A stretch of DNA of 63,042 nt, counting the filler, from Reticulomyxa filosa (lineage: Eukaryota > Protista > Foraminifera), in NCBI GenBank assembly GCA_000512085.1. It is 20 parts of 20 records of this genome, joined end to end, with 100 filler letters (N's around TTAATTAATTAA, not from the genome) between each part and the next. Parts side by side here need not be neighbours in the genome. Positions count along the whole stretch, not along the records: positions 21,060 to 25,845 come from ASPP01018644.1; positions 25,946 to 37,327 come from ASPP01015284.1; positions 37,428 to 38,485 come from ASPP01015246.1; 17 more parts are not named here. One strand, 5' to 3'. The notes under the pieces are model-generated. The model had not been told where the DNA came from, ran no database searches, and saw only the letters and a list, made by a program, of their open reading frames with translations. The position numbers were made by a program, and so were the translations under genes. How positions within the stretch are numbered: the stretch's first letter is position 1; each line of letters starts with the position of its first letter. Shown piece by piece: positions 24,976 through 37,768 of the stretch.

Positions 24976-25845
24976 TCAAAAAGTTCCACCATATTTTTCA
25001 ACAACAGATATCTGCAACAAAGTTAAACCTTTTGCATCTTTCCAAGTGCTATCCCTTAATGATAAACCAGTTCTTTGAATACCGCCTTGCCAAATACATT
25101 TCTGCAAAGAGACTCTTTCATTCTGCGAGTTAAGCAGAGATTCGTTATCGTCCAACGCAAAATGAAACAAACTTGAACTACTCGAAACATCTCCATGCAA
25201 TTGAATGACTTTATCATGTGAATCAGATACAATTTTTTTACCATCAGCTGAAAATTGAACTGGGCTTGAATAATCTTCCAAAAATTGAGCCTTTCCTAAT
25301 GATGAATTCCACAATCTAATGGTATTATCATATGAACCAGAAACAATTTTGCTGCCATCTGGCGAAAACTGAACCGAGGTAACAGCACTTAAATGACCTT
25401 CTAGAGATTTAATTTGTTTTCTTGATGCAATGTCCCACAATCGAACAGTACCATCATGTGAGCAAGATAAAATCATGTTTCCATCAGATGAAAATTGAAC
25501 ACAAGTAACAGCGCTTGAATGACCTTCTAAACATATAATTTCTTCTCCTGATGATACTTTCCACAATCGAATTGTTTTATCATGTGAACCAGATACAATT
25601 GTGTTTCCATCAGGTGAAAATTGAACAGATTTGATAATATCTGAATGACCTTTTAAAGATTTAATTTGTGTACCAGATGATGCATTCCACAACCGAATAG
25701 TTTTATCATATGAGCCAGATACAATTATGTTCCCATCAGGTGAAAATTGGATACAAGTAACAGCATTTGAATGACCTTTTAAAGATTTAATTTGTCTGCC
25801 AGATGATGCATCCCAAAACCAAATAGTGTTATCATATGAACAAGA
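24976..25845 (-). CDS. C-terminus of a WD40 protein with near-identical 42-aa repeats, probably NACHT/STAND-WD40 type (5'-partial)
   Basis: Repeats LxGHSxAVTxVQFSxDGxxIVSGSxDxTIRLW at a 126-nt period. The tail is GLSLRDSTWKDAKGLTLLQISVVEKYGG. Confidence 0.85.
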   Translation of the reverse strand, partial: SCSYDNTIWFWDASSGRQIKSLKGHSNAVTCIQFSPDGNIIVSGSYDKTIRLWNASSGTQIKSLKGHSDIIKSVQFSPDGNTIVSGSHDKTIRLWKVSSGEEIICLEGHSSAVTCVQFSSDGNMILSCSHDGTVRLWDIASRKQIKSLEGHLSAVTSVQFSPDGSKIVSGSYDNTIRLWNSSLGKAQFLEDYSSPVQFSADGKKIVSDSHDKVIQLHGDVSSSSSLFHFALDDNESLLNSQNERVSLQKCIWQGGIQRTGLSLRDSTWKDAKGLTLLQISVVEKYGGTF

Positions 25846-25945
25846 NNNNNNNNNNNNNNNNNNNNNNNNNNNNNNNNNNNNNNNNNNNNTTAATTAATTA
25901 ANNNNNNNNNNNNNNNNNNNNNNNNNNNNNNNNNNNNNNNNNNNN

Positions 25946-25982
<37 letters not shown>

Positions 25983-27024
25983 AAATATACAATTGAGGCC
26001 AAAACATTGAAAGAAGAAAAAAAAAAAAGTGAATTTAAAAAAAAAAAAAAAACAACTTTTTGGTCATCCAATCAACTTTCGTAAATGGAGCGCAGCTTGA
26101 TCGACTGACGTTTATCGGTGGTTGTTATTGTTGTTTCTGTCGTTGCTGACATTACGTTGGCGTTTTTAGCTTTTTCAACCTCTTTTTTTTGTTCATGATC
26201 CTCGCTTTCTGGTATCTTTGGATACTTCTTTTCTCTTCTTCTTTTCTTTTTCGGTGCTTCTTCTTCCTTCTCTTCTGTTGTTGTTTTTTTTTTTGTGTTG
26301 ATATGAATACTGACTTTTCTTTCTCTCGTCTTCCCCTCCCCCCCCCTTTGCAGCTCAAAAATGATCATTTTTGCTTCGTTGGCATTTTTAAAAAAACGAT
26401 ATTTGCAGTTCAACATCACCAAGTTTAGTTTCGAGCAGAAAACCATTTCTTTTGACAAAAGTGACAAAAAACCAAAAAAAAAAAATGTATGCCCTTTTTT
26501 TTATATTCTTGTGTTGTCATAGTGACAACAAGAACAAAGAAGTAAACGAGAACAACAAAAATATTGTAATGTACAACAGCTAAGAAATAAGAAAAATGAA
26601 TAAAATATAAACAAAGATCCAACCTTCATCATCTGTTGCCAAGTCAATCATAACCGCTGGTATATCTTTGCATGCCTTATGATTGGTCAACAGTGCATCG
26701 TTTTCTTTTGAAGCATGTTTTTGCTGTCGGCGGGATTTTTTATGGTTAGATTTTTTTTTTTTTTTTGGGCCCATCTCGGTTTCATCGTCGTTTACATCGG
26801 GTATATTACCCGTTGCACTGCTTGTTGCACCTCGACTACGTTTTAATGGAGGTATCCTGCTCTTCTCTGTCTGTAAATTTTGCATACACTTGTAAAGACA
26901 GAAAACAGTCTTGCAAAGTTGTTGCGATACATACATCAAGGTCGTCTTTATTCAAATCTTCATGCTTTCGTTTCAAACTTTTTTTTTGGATGATATCGGA
27001 CGTATTATTCAAATCTGAGCTCAT
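25946..27024 (-). CDS. Basic/low-complexity hypothetical protein (spliced, 3'-partial)
   Basis: Exons MSSDLNN...LKRKHEDL, TEKSRIPPLKRSR...KKKKKSNHKKSRR and EEAPKKKRRREKK, with NLS-like clusters. Confidence 0.55.
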
Positions 27025-28129
27025 TTCTCTAACTCCTTGTCAGAAGGGGTGCGCTGGGCATGTTAGTGCTTTTCCTAGTTTAACTATTCTTTACTGTTTC
27101 ATCAACCTTATCCCAATTGCGAACTAAAATGATTTAAGTTATTAAGTTGCTATTTTGCTAGTTATTAAACTAAAAACTTTGCTTATACAATGTTTTGAAC
27201 ACTAATAACGACTTTAAAAGCTAAAATCATCAATGAAATAAATATACAATAATTAAAAAAATTACGTAAAGTAAAAGTAACAGTGGGTAAAGCTGTGTCT
27301 GCTTGCAACTAGGATCTTTTTACATACGGATACGGCCACACTGTCGTGTATTTCAGAAGCTCAAAAGGAACAAAATTGGTGTTTAATATCACCAACAGGA
27401 TTTCATTTCAAAAACTACGTCCTGGATAACACGATTACAGAAAAAGCAATGTAAATTTTTCAATTACATTAGTTTCAAATAAACAAGATTAAGTGTCAAC
27501 AACAAGTTTTACTGAGACTAAAATTTTTTACAGTTGAAAAACAGTGCAAAAATTCTAAATTAAACAAAATATCGGAACTCAGGTGAGTAGTGAAGACGCT
27601 GCAAAATATGTAACATGAACGCGCAACTCATTGAAACATCAGCAAAAACATAGTTGGAGTGTTTTCCGGGCTTACAAAACAGTCACTTAAAGAAGCAGAA
27701 ACAAAAAAGCAATTACGACCTGAGCGGTTTCATATTGTTTGTGTCTTTAACGATCCTTTATTTTTGTAAAATGCAAAATATCTTCTAAATGTTGAAGGTC
27801 ATAACAATTACTTTTGAAAAGATGTAAAAAACTCACTGACTTGGGTTTAAAAAGTTTTAGTACAAAGTTATTTTGTTCTTGTTTAGTGCAGAAAAATATC
27901 GTTTTAATTGAAACTATGTCCTATAACTTCATATTCCTGTAAATCTAAGTATGTAGAAGACGTTTCTAAAAAACTAGTCGTAAAATTGTTTCTTGAAGTT
28001 ACTCTTAATAGTCAAAATAATTTTCTATTTTCAAAAAAGTTAAATTTCTTTTGCAAGAATTCTGAGGAAAGCACAGCTCAATGTTCTCAGGAGTTTGTAT
28101 TCTAAGTAGAAGTTAGATAAAATAAAGCC

Positions 28130-29804
28130 ATGCAAGTCAAATTAGCCAATTTTCTCCGTATTTGGGATCAAGTCAAGTTACTTTCTCCCTTTTGAAAGAA
28201 ACAAAAAAAAGCAAAACAAAAAAAAACAGAGCAATTCAGCTCAGCGAGACGATATATTGCGACATTTTGTCCACCATTACGAAAAAAAAACCCAACAAAG
28301 CTCTAGTCTTTCTTTAGATGCAGAATTGGGAGATGTCGCACCATTGTTTTTTACTCGTATTCTTTCTTGGTTTCAACTCACGTAGAGTTCCCAACATATC
28401 TTATACAAATCGCATTAGCATTAATAGTTCTTTTTTTTGTGCAATACTGTTCACAGGCCCAATATAACAAAATATTTTCCTCCTTTGGTGCAAAGTATCT
28501 CTATCTATGTGGAATGCAAAGAGAATAATGAATACATAAAGCAGTTCGTAAGCTCAGGAGGGATGCAGACATTGGTTGCTGTAACAAAATATGATATTTC
28601 AAGAGTACGATCAAAGCAAATAACTGCATTTCTATTTTACTTTAATTTTATATTTATTAATAATTTCTTTTTTCAAAAAATAGGAGGACCAAATTGAAAT
28701 AATGAAAATACTGAAGTCATTGATCCGTTACAAAAGTGAATGCAAACAAATCATTTGTGAAACTGAGACAATAGATTCTCTTCTTCATAACTGCAAGAGC
28801 GAAGATGCAGATGTCTTATATGCTTTGTACGACATATTAAAGCAATTGTGCATTGTTAAACAACAAATGAAATATAAAATTTATTTGTTCTTCGTTTTCA
28901 ATATCTTTTCCTACCATTATTTTAAAACACTTTTGCTGACATAGAGAAATGATGAATATCAACACAAAATACACTGCAAGATTGTGAATAAATTGTTGAA
29001 TAAAAGTACTAATGTTGAGTTGAAAAAAACATTGGTGAAAGTGTTGCAATCTACTTTGGTTCAAGCCAACAACCACCTGATTGCTTTTTGTCAAGGCAAA
29101 GGAGAAAATAAATTAAACAACAAACAAAAAAAATTATCGCGGGATTATATCAACAAAAAATTGCCAAATGAACAAATTGAAGCGATAATAGAGTTAATGG
29201 CTACATCCAATCATCAACTTCAATATGAACGTTATGTTTATGATAATATTGCCTTAATACTTTGCTTTTATTTTCGAGTTACAAGAACACAAATAAAAAA
29301 CAAATTCTTGAAATGTTTGTCTACGGACTCAGTTAACGTACTGGTTATCACCATGATCAAATCACATAAATATCATTCTCAAATGGTAACATGTCTTTGT
29401 GATGTTATGGATCAGTCAAGTAAAAACAGGTTTTGTTATATATCTTTTTGTAGTTGCAGTTAGTTTTTCTGTCTTCAATTTTGTAGGCAAGAAAGAACGA
29501 ACCCCGGATGAACGTAATACTTTACAAGTTAAGTAGTATCCATTTGTACGAATTTTTCATTTGTATGCTGTGTACTCTTTAACTTTTTTTCAATAAAAAC
29601 AACAATAAGATGCGATGTATTAGCATTATTCATAAAACAATTAAATCGAACCAGCGTCTTTTTAAGACTGAGGAAGATGAATATATGCTCTTTTCTACTG
29701 AAAATATTGCACGTTTGAAAAAAGCACTTTTAGATTTGAACGAAACCACCACAAGTTTATCTGTTTGTGAAAATTGCAAAAGGGCTCTTGCCTTAATAAC
29801 CTAA
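28130..29804 (+). CDS. ARMH1: ARMH1 (C1orf228)-like armadillo-like helical protein, multi-exon
   Basis: Spliced N-terminus MQVKLANFLRIWDQ/SNSAQRDDILRHFV...ELGDVAPLFFTRILSWFQLT and SISIYV...EYIKQFVSSGGMQTL parallel ARMH1 (FLQEWD...ILDKFI...ASLFLVRL; YLIEFLEVGGVLTL). Confidence 0.7.
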
Positions 29805-30056
29805 TAATATATGCTATTGTAACTAATACAAAGTAAGTTGTGAGTGAACATTGTAAAACGTTGAGTCTTTGGTTATACACCACTAATTTCTTATAAAAAG
29901 GTTTTTATGACATCCTAAAAATAATATTGTTAAATTTGACAACGTTAACATTTCAAGTCTAAGTTGGGCTACGCAATTCGCACTCATCATTTATTTATCT
30001 TATCCTTTTTGAATATAACCCTAAACGTATTTAAATCTTTTAGCATATTATTTGAA

Positions 30057-33000
30057 ATGCAGTACCAAAACATTCCCAATAATAACGGAAAAATTTCTGT
30101 CGCTTCCTCTGCTGCTGCCCAACTTCTGGGAATTAACTTGTTAACAACAAAACCAGAAAAAGCTAACGGGATCTCAGATTTAAATTCAAGTTCGACAACA
30201 TCAACAGTAGTTCCTCTTGATCAGTTTCGTTAGCATTTAAAAAAATAAATGACATTACATTGAGAACTTTCTCCTTTTTTTGTCAACAGAGTTAAACTTG
30301 AGAAACGTCAAACTCAGCCCTCAGTTAACTACGGTAAGATTTTATATGAAATATATTAATCAAAACGCTCCATTATTTTCTTCTATTTTTTTGTTTACTT
30401 GACATTTTTTAGTTTGCATATTGTAAATAAAAGTGACTCTTTAATTTTTCATAAAAGGTGATAATATGTGGAAAGGAGCATAACTCACATATATATCAAA
30501 AAGGTTCAATCGACACTTCTGGTAACGACCATATTGAAAACTATGTACCAAAGCATCAACAATCGGCTCCAATCACTCCAGAAGAGGGTCGATATTCGCA
30601 CAATATACAAAATTTTAATTTCAGCTCACAGAATGGACTTGATAATGTCCTAAACTACAATCGAGGGCCAAGTGATACCTCAGCATATGACACAAATTAT
30701 ACAAGTAATAGAAGCGATAAAACAGAATTTAATTTGGCAACAAATCAATATTTTTCAGAGACTCCAAATTTAGTACCAAATGGTCAAGTGAAAAAAACAG
30801 AGCCGAGTGATTTTGGAAGCCACAGCTTGCCACAAAATATTAACTTTTCCGAGCCGGCGCCACCAAGGCCACCACCATATTTTGATATAAAAGAGATCCC
30901 ACATATCGCTTTTCACACCTCCATTGATGGTTTGTCTGAAGAAAAAACAATTGATAACAATGTATCGAATATACGAGTGGTAGTAAGAATTCGCCCAAAA
31001 TTAAATGAGGTAATGTTCCTCCCTCCAAAAAAAAGAAGTGAAAAAAATCCCAAAACAACAAAGACTATTGCAAATAGGAACTTAATTCTCAAGAAATTTT
31101 AATGTTAGATGCCAATGACACAAATTCATTGCATGTGACACATCCAAAAAAATCCAAACAATTTACATATGACTACGTAGCCACTCCGCAAACCACACAA
31201 GAATTATTATTTCAAAACTGTGGCGTAACACAGCTGATCGATGCAAGTATTAACGGCTTTGCGACAACCATATTTGCCTATGGACCAACGGGAAGTGGGA
31301 AAACATATTCCATCAGTGGTGACGAAACTACATTAATGCAACAGTTGGAGTCGGGACATACTGACCACAACCAGTTCGGACTAATTCCAAGATCGATACA
31401 ATTTTTTTGGCAAAAGCTTGAAAATTATCGAGAGCAACAGAAAAATGTTTTTACAATCAAGGCCGGCTATCTTGAAATTTACAATGAAAAGGTCTCAGAC
31501 ATATCTTCATTACAAAAAATTCTATCTACAACCCTTAAAAAAAAACCATTTTCTCCTCAAAAAAAAGCCAAAAGATTTGTTAGATCCGAATTCCTCAAAT
31601 TTGGTGGTCCGATGGAATTCAGACGTTGGATTTTTTGTTGAAGGTCAATTACTTGTCCGAGTTTAGTGATTTCTGTAGCTTTGAGATAGAGATAAAGTAG
31701 AGTTAATAATAATTTTTTCTTTCCATAGTGCAATTCTATGAATGATTTATTTGAAGTATTCAAAGAAGGCGAAAAAAATAGAACGGTATATAACTAAATG
31801 CCTCAAAATTTTGTCTGCAAATGAAAAAAATAAACACATGTTGTTTGAAATGGATCACAATGCTCAGTTTGGAGCGCATAAGCTAAATATCAATTCATCA
31901 CGAAGTCATTGCTTGTTTACCATTTACATCGAGTCCAAGTCTTTAACATCTGAAGAAGAGAATATACATATAGATATGGCTTATCGATCAGTTATTCGCT
32001 GTGGTAAAATCACATTTGTCGACTTGGCAGGATCTGAGAAACTGAAAGATTCACAACAACAGACTGTGAAAGGTTTGCGTGAAACTGCCAACATCAATCG
32101 CAGCTTATTTACATTAGGCAACGTTATGCCATAAAATCCGTAAATATTTACTCTATTTTTTTTCACTTATTTAATTTTTTGTTAGGATGGTAAACTGTTC
32201 AACAGTTTAAGCTCCTTCTCGAAAGCAGCCCCTGCGTTTTTTAATTCACAGGTGATCGGGACGTTGGACGCAATACACCGAGGCCAACTTCATCCTTCCA
32301 CACATGTCCCCTATCGTGATTCTGTTTTGACTAAATTGTTGATGGACAGCCTTGGAGGCAATGGGTTGGCGGTGATGTTGACGTGCGTGTCACCAGCCGA
32401 AAGATTTTTAGAAGAAACACTGGCCGCTCTGCAATATGCCTCAAGAGCTAGAAACATTCGAAACACGCCAGCACTTCAAATTAACCCAAAAGACAGAGTT
32501 TATTACCACAATAATAATTCAACAATCAAATTAAAATTTTTTTGCTTGCTGTTGTCTCACTTAGCAAACTGTTTTTTTAAAGCGTTAGCCGCATTTGGAA
32601 CTATAGAATGTTGTTTGTTTTTGTCTCAGATTATTCATCAATTGCTTATGGAAGTCAACAGACTGAGAGCTCAAAATATTCAGTTGAAACAACTTCTGTT
32701 GCCTTCACAGAAAGCAGAACAGTTGAACAGAGACAACGAGCGTCAAAAAATTCCCAAAATAGAAAACTCACACTTCGTATCAAAAGATGATATGTTCTCA
32801 AACTTATCTCACCATGAAACTGAAATGTTCAAAGAACTGGTATCGGTCTTTATTTTTATTTTCTGACACAACAATAAAAACTTTGTGTTGAAAAAAAAAA
32901 ACAAAGGAAGCAACCCGTGTCGAAAAACGGCAAGCTGAAGTAGAAATCAAAGAGGTAATGGAAGAAAACAACAGGCTGTTGGAAAAAATTGGGCAATTAG

Positions 33001-33124
33001 AAAAAGTATTTGCCAATAATACCGAGACAAATAGGATTGTATATAAAGAAAGAAAGAGTTTGTGAATAACTTATGTTAATTTACTTTATATTTTTAAGAG
33101 TGGCAAAATACAACTGTATTGTAA
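30057..33124 (+). CDS. KIF12: Kinesin motor protein, KIF12/kinesin-16-like, multi-exon (ends approximate)
   Basis: [92 protein letters not shown]...GFxVE is typical of KIF12. Confidence 0.88.
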
Positions 33125-33758
33125 CTTTTTTTGATCTTGCCATGCTTTATTGCCACGGTTAATTAATTTTATATACATTTTATTTCTATTTAGCTAATGA
33201 GTACTCTTAAATACAATGAAAACTGTCAGTCTATTCTATCTTCATTTTTTCTAAACATGGAAAGTATTTCACAGTATCATGACTCATTGCTAAGACCTTA
33301 TTGTAAAACTGGATATCACTAACTTGTAAAGAATAAAAATAATTTTAAAAATTTTCAAAAAAAGAATTGTTTTGAACAAACGATTAAAATTGTATTATAT
33401 TTACTTCATTTAAATATATTATCGTTAGACTAAATTTGAAAAAAAATATATATATTTAATATTTATTTGACATATGCAACAATTTTTTTTTCAAATCAAC
33501 AACAAAATCAATTTGAAACATAAATGTAATATGTGTTTATAAAAATCAGTACATGAATAACACTTTTTAAAATTTTTTTAAAAGATATAATTTGCCACAT
33601 TTGCAGTTCGAAAATCTATTGGTTACAGTTGCAAAATTTAGTTTAAAATTGATTTTATCTTATTTGGATAGAATTACATTCTTAAAAAAAACAGTGTAAC
33701 TATTAAAAAAAAGGGTGATAAAACAAAATCGATAATTTGTTGAAAGCCAAACCGAAAT

Positions 33759-35987
33759 ATGTCTGCCTTTGAGACCTTTGTGACAATCGAAAAAAAGATA
33801 TATCGACTTGAATTACCAGCCTTGACACTTGAAGCGCTAAAACAGCAGATTATCGAAGTGAGCAAAACTGACCAAGAAGGAAAAGTTTTAAACATAATTA
33901 CAAATGAGAATGACAGTGATGTCGAGACAGATCAGCAGATTCAACAAGCTGCCAAAATTGGTCGAATGCGTTTTCATGCTACCTTCCAAACAAGTTGTAT
34001 ACATATATATATATTTTTAAGATAATTCTCAGTTCACATGAACAAGAATAAAACATAAGAAATAAAGGATTTTCCAAAGAAAGTAAGACTCAATAAAAAA
34101 AAGGAACAAGAGCCATTGCCATCAGTGTTTGAGTTAAAGAATCCATTGGTGTTACTGACAGGAGTAATTCACTATATAGATGGACCTTACATAGAAGAAG
34201 CAAAACAAGATCTTCTTTTGTTGCAAAGTCTGTTTCAAACCAAATTGGGTTATCAAGTATTTAACAGTTACAATTCGCAAAATCCAGCCACTGAAATACT
34301 CACAGTGAAGCAACTGAATAAATTTCTTTTTAAATACTGTGCATATTCATCAGAAAAGTCCAAATCTAAAAAAAACAAAGAGGCTCATGATGGAGTGATA
34401 TTTGTATGGTGTGGACATGGAGGACTTGAAAGCTATGATGAAACAGTGATTACAGGTGAGAACATATCCAAAGAATTCAAAGAGATTAAATACAAGATGG
34501 ATCTAACTGATAGTTTTATAAGAAAGCCAAAGATATATATCAAAATTGTATATATTGATCCAAAAGAATCTGATTTAACTGAAATTAAGGAAGAAAATGA
34601 AAATAACCAATTGAAGATTTCATTTAAGCAAAATGCAGATGTATTTACAATTTTTGCAAATGTTCCAAGGAAACAAAAAATTATTGATGATTCAGGAATT
34701 GAAAAAACTGCAATGCATTTCACTGATGTCCTTTGTCAAGCCATTGAAAATAGTAGCAATAAAAATTTGACATCTATTGTCCAGACTACGATAACAACAC
34801 TTGGCCAAGTATTTGAAAAGGAAATTCGATCAACTAATTCTGCTATATGTCCTGAAGTATATTTGATTCCAAAATCATTCAATATTGACACAACTGTACA
34901 AACAGCAAAGGAAAAGGAGGTAACAGATGCTTTAGATCTTAGAAAACATTGGAATACTTATTGGAGGAAAGCAAATTTGAGCGCAGCACAAAAAGTTCAA
35001 CAAATGCTACAAGACGATGAACAAGGATTAGTTATTGTTGCCACTTATCACGATGAACGCACATATGCAGACAAAGACTTTTGTTCATCCTTTGCATTGA
35101 TGGGCTACGGAATTATTAAAAAAGAAAGATTTAGCTCCTACTGGTTGTATGCCATCAAAAGCAAATTGATACTTTTAGATCGAGTAAATATTGATGGAAA
35201 TATATATGTTGTCAATTGTGAAATTCGATGCAAAGACAATGTAAATATCACAACACAGATATTTGTTACGGCGAATGCTGTGGTGGATCCAAGACTGAAT
35301 ACATGTCTTTCTCCAATTATATGGAATTCGAAAATACATCATGATGTTCCGTTACAACTTCAAACAATAGAAGATAATATAGATTTTTATGACACTATTA
35401 AAGAGATTGCTCATGCACGAAAATATTTGCAACTTTCTATTACCACTTTTGGACGTAACCATCCTTATATTGCCATTGCTTACCATTTTTTTGCACTCAT
35501 TTATGATCACAATCAAAGGCCTGAACAAGCAATTGAATATTACGAAAAAGCATTACAAACTTTTTTTGATAGTTCGAATATTACTTGCCCATTTGTCGCT
35601 GATTTGTATAAAAATTTAGCAAACACTTATGTCGAAATCGATCAAAAAATTAAGTGTTATGAAAAGGCACTGGAACTACAATTGAAAATTTTTGGAAGCA
35701 ATAGCGCTGAAGTTGCTAGCACATATAATGACATAGGTAATACTTACAGTAAAGTTAACAAAGCAATTGAATATTATGAAATGGCATTAAAAATTACAAG
35801 GAAACTATTTGGAAACATGTCTACATTTGTTGGTAATACATGTTGGAGTTTGGGAGACGAGTTTGAGAAAAGAAAAGAAATGAATATAGCAAAGCAATAT
35901 TTCACAGAAGCGTGGAAAGCATACAGTGCGTCGTTGGGAGAGTGGGATAATGAAACACAACAAGCAAAATCACGATTGGGAAAATAA
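33759..35987 (+). CDS. Small N-terminal domain + caspase-fold (peptidase C14-like, catalytic Cys missing) + beta-rich domain + TPR array
   Basis: KNPLVLLTG, HDGVIFVWCGHGG and KPKIYIKIVY (where caspases have KPKxFIIQACRG). TPRs include AIEYYEKALQ and KIFGSNSAEVASTYNDIG. One intron lies at about 33995-34059. Confidence 0.8.
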
Positions 35988-36365
35988 CTCAACTAAGTGT
36001 GGTTTAATGATAAAAAGAAGGAAAATGAATTGCCTTGGTTTTTTTATGTAAATATAAAAAGAAGAACAATTCACAAAATGTTTCGTTCAACTTTAGACCT
36101 GTATTTTTGTCATCAGGTTGAAGAATGCCAAAAAAGAAGCACTATAATTGCAATTGATCGTAGGTTTATCCTACATTTCTTATTTGAAAAATGTAATTAA
36201 TTCCACGTCCAAAGAAAAAAAGCCAAAACAAATGAATCAACTAAACGGTTGAAACAAAGCCTTTTTGGTTTCCCTTCTTGGTGCGAATTAGAAATCACAA
36301 TGTCAGATACAATGAAATGTGTGTGGTCCTTAGATTTACTGACACCACTGGGTACAGACACGGCC

Positions 36366-36920
36366 ATGGACCCTACTTTAAGTTTGTTACGTCCTTTCCA
36401 TTTAAGTTCAGTACTATACGATGGAACTCTACAAGGATCGATCATGGCTCTATTGACATTATCACCACTTTTTATGATATTAGTTGGATGGATACTTTCT
36501 GTGATTACACGCAATCTTTGTATTTGTATAATTTAGCTATTATTTATTGTAAATTTCATATGTAATTTTACCTTAAAACACATAATTCAACATCCAAGGC
36601 CAACTGGTATTTTACCAGGTTATGGAATGCCAAGTGATCATTCTCAAATGACGGCATGTTATGCAACATATATGTTTTATTTATACAGTGATATTTATCG
36701 ATTCAATATTAGCCCATTGACATTTCAAAATAAACATTTACAAATAATAATTATTCATGTATTGTGGGCAATATTAGTAATGTATTCAAGATATTATTTA
36801 ATGGTTCACACTTTTTTTCAAATATTGATCGGAGCATTTGTTGGAGTTGTGTTAGGAAGAAGTTGGTATCTTTACATTGATAAGACTTTTTTAACAAATT
36901 TTGCATATTTACCTTTTTGA
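36366..36920 (+). CDS. DOLPP1: Dolichyldiphosphatase (PAP2 family) interrupted by one in-frame TAG at 36534-36536
   Basis: LLTLSP, KHIIQHPRP, GYGMPSDHSQ and YSRYYLMVHTFFQILIG: all three PAP2 motifs are intact and both ORF halves share one frame. Confidence 0.8.
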
Positions 36921-37427
36921 AATTATTTTTATGACCTGAAAAGTTTTTTCGTTTGCCATTATTTTCGGACAATGAGGACATAAAAAGTGTCTTCACACTG
37001 CCAAAATCAATTTTCTTCAGCTTTTTTAAAATTACCAATTTGTACACTTTTTTTACTCTAATTTTTTATTAAAAAAGTGCGAAACTTCCGAAATTTTTTT
37101 GCACATCAAAAAAAAATTTTCAATTCATTTAAATCAATTCTAGAAAAAAAAAAATGTTAACATTGTAAAAAAAATTTTATTTCTGATCCCGTTTCAGTTT
37201 TTCGGGTTTGCTATCTATTAAAAAACAAGCAAAATGTTTAAAAAAAATAATGACAAAAAAAAATGACAAAAAAGAAAAAAACGATCAGAAAAAAATTTGA
37301 TATCCCCACATTGACTACAAGCTCCAGNNNNNNNNNNNNNNNNNNNNNNNNNNNNNNNNNNNNNNNNNNNNTTAATTAATTAANNNNNNNNNNNNNNNNN
37401 NNNNNNNNNNNNNNNNNNNNNNNNNNN

Positions 37428-37723
37428 TCACCCTGGGCGCGCCGCCGTGGAAGGTGTTCTGGAAAGTCACCGTCCCGCAGATCGTGCCCGGTATCGCAGC
37501 AGGCTGCCTGTTCGCCTTCATGATTTCGTTCGACGACTTCCCGATCTCGTTCTGGCTGGCCAACGTCGAAACGATGCCGCTGCCGATCTACCTGCACAAC
37601 AGCATGAGCAAGGTCTTCGACCCGTCGATCGCGGCGATGTCGAGCCTGATGATTCTCACCGGGATCCTGGCCGTGATCGGCCTGGAAAAGCTCGTGGGGC
37701 TGCGCAAGGCCATGAGCATCTGA
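37428..37723 (+). CDS. Bacterial ABC transporter permease (PotC-like), 5'-partial
   Basis: TLGAPPWKVFWKVTVPQIVPGIAAGCLFAFMISFDDF...TMPLPIYL; GC-rich bacterial codon usage. Confidence 0.92.
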
Positions 37724-37768
37724 CGGCGCGTAGACGACCAACGAGAGTCAAACAGAGGGGTAACCGAC

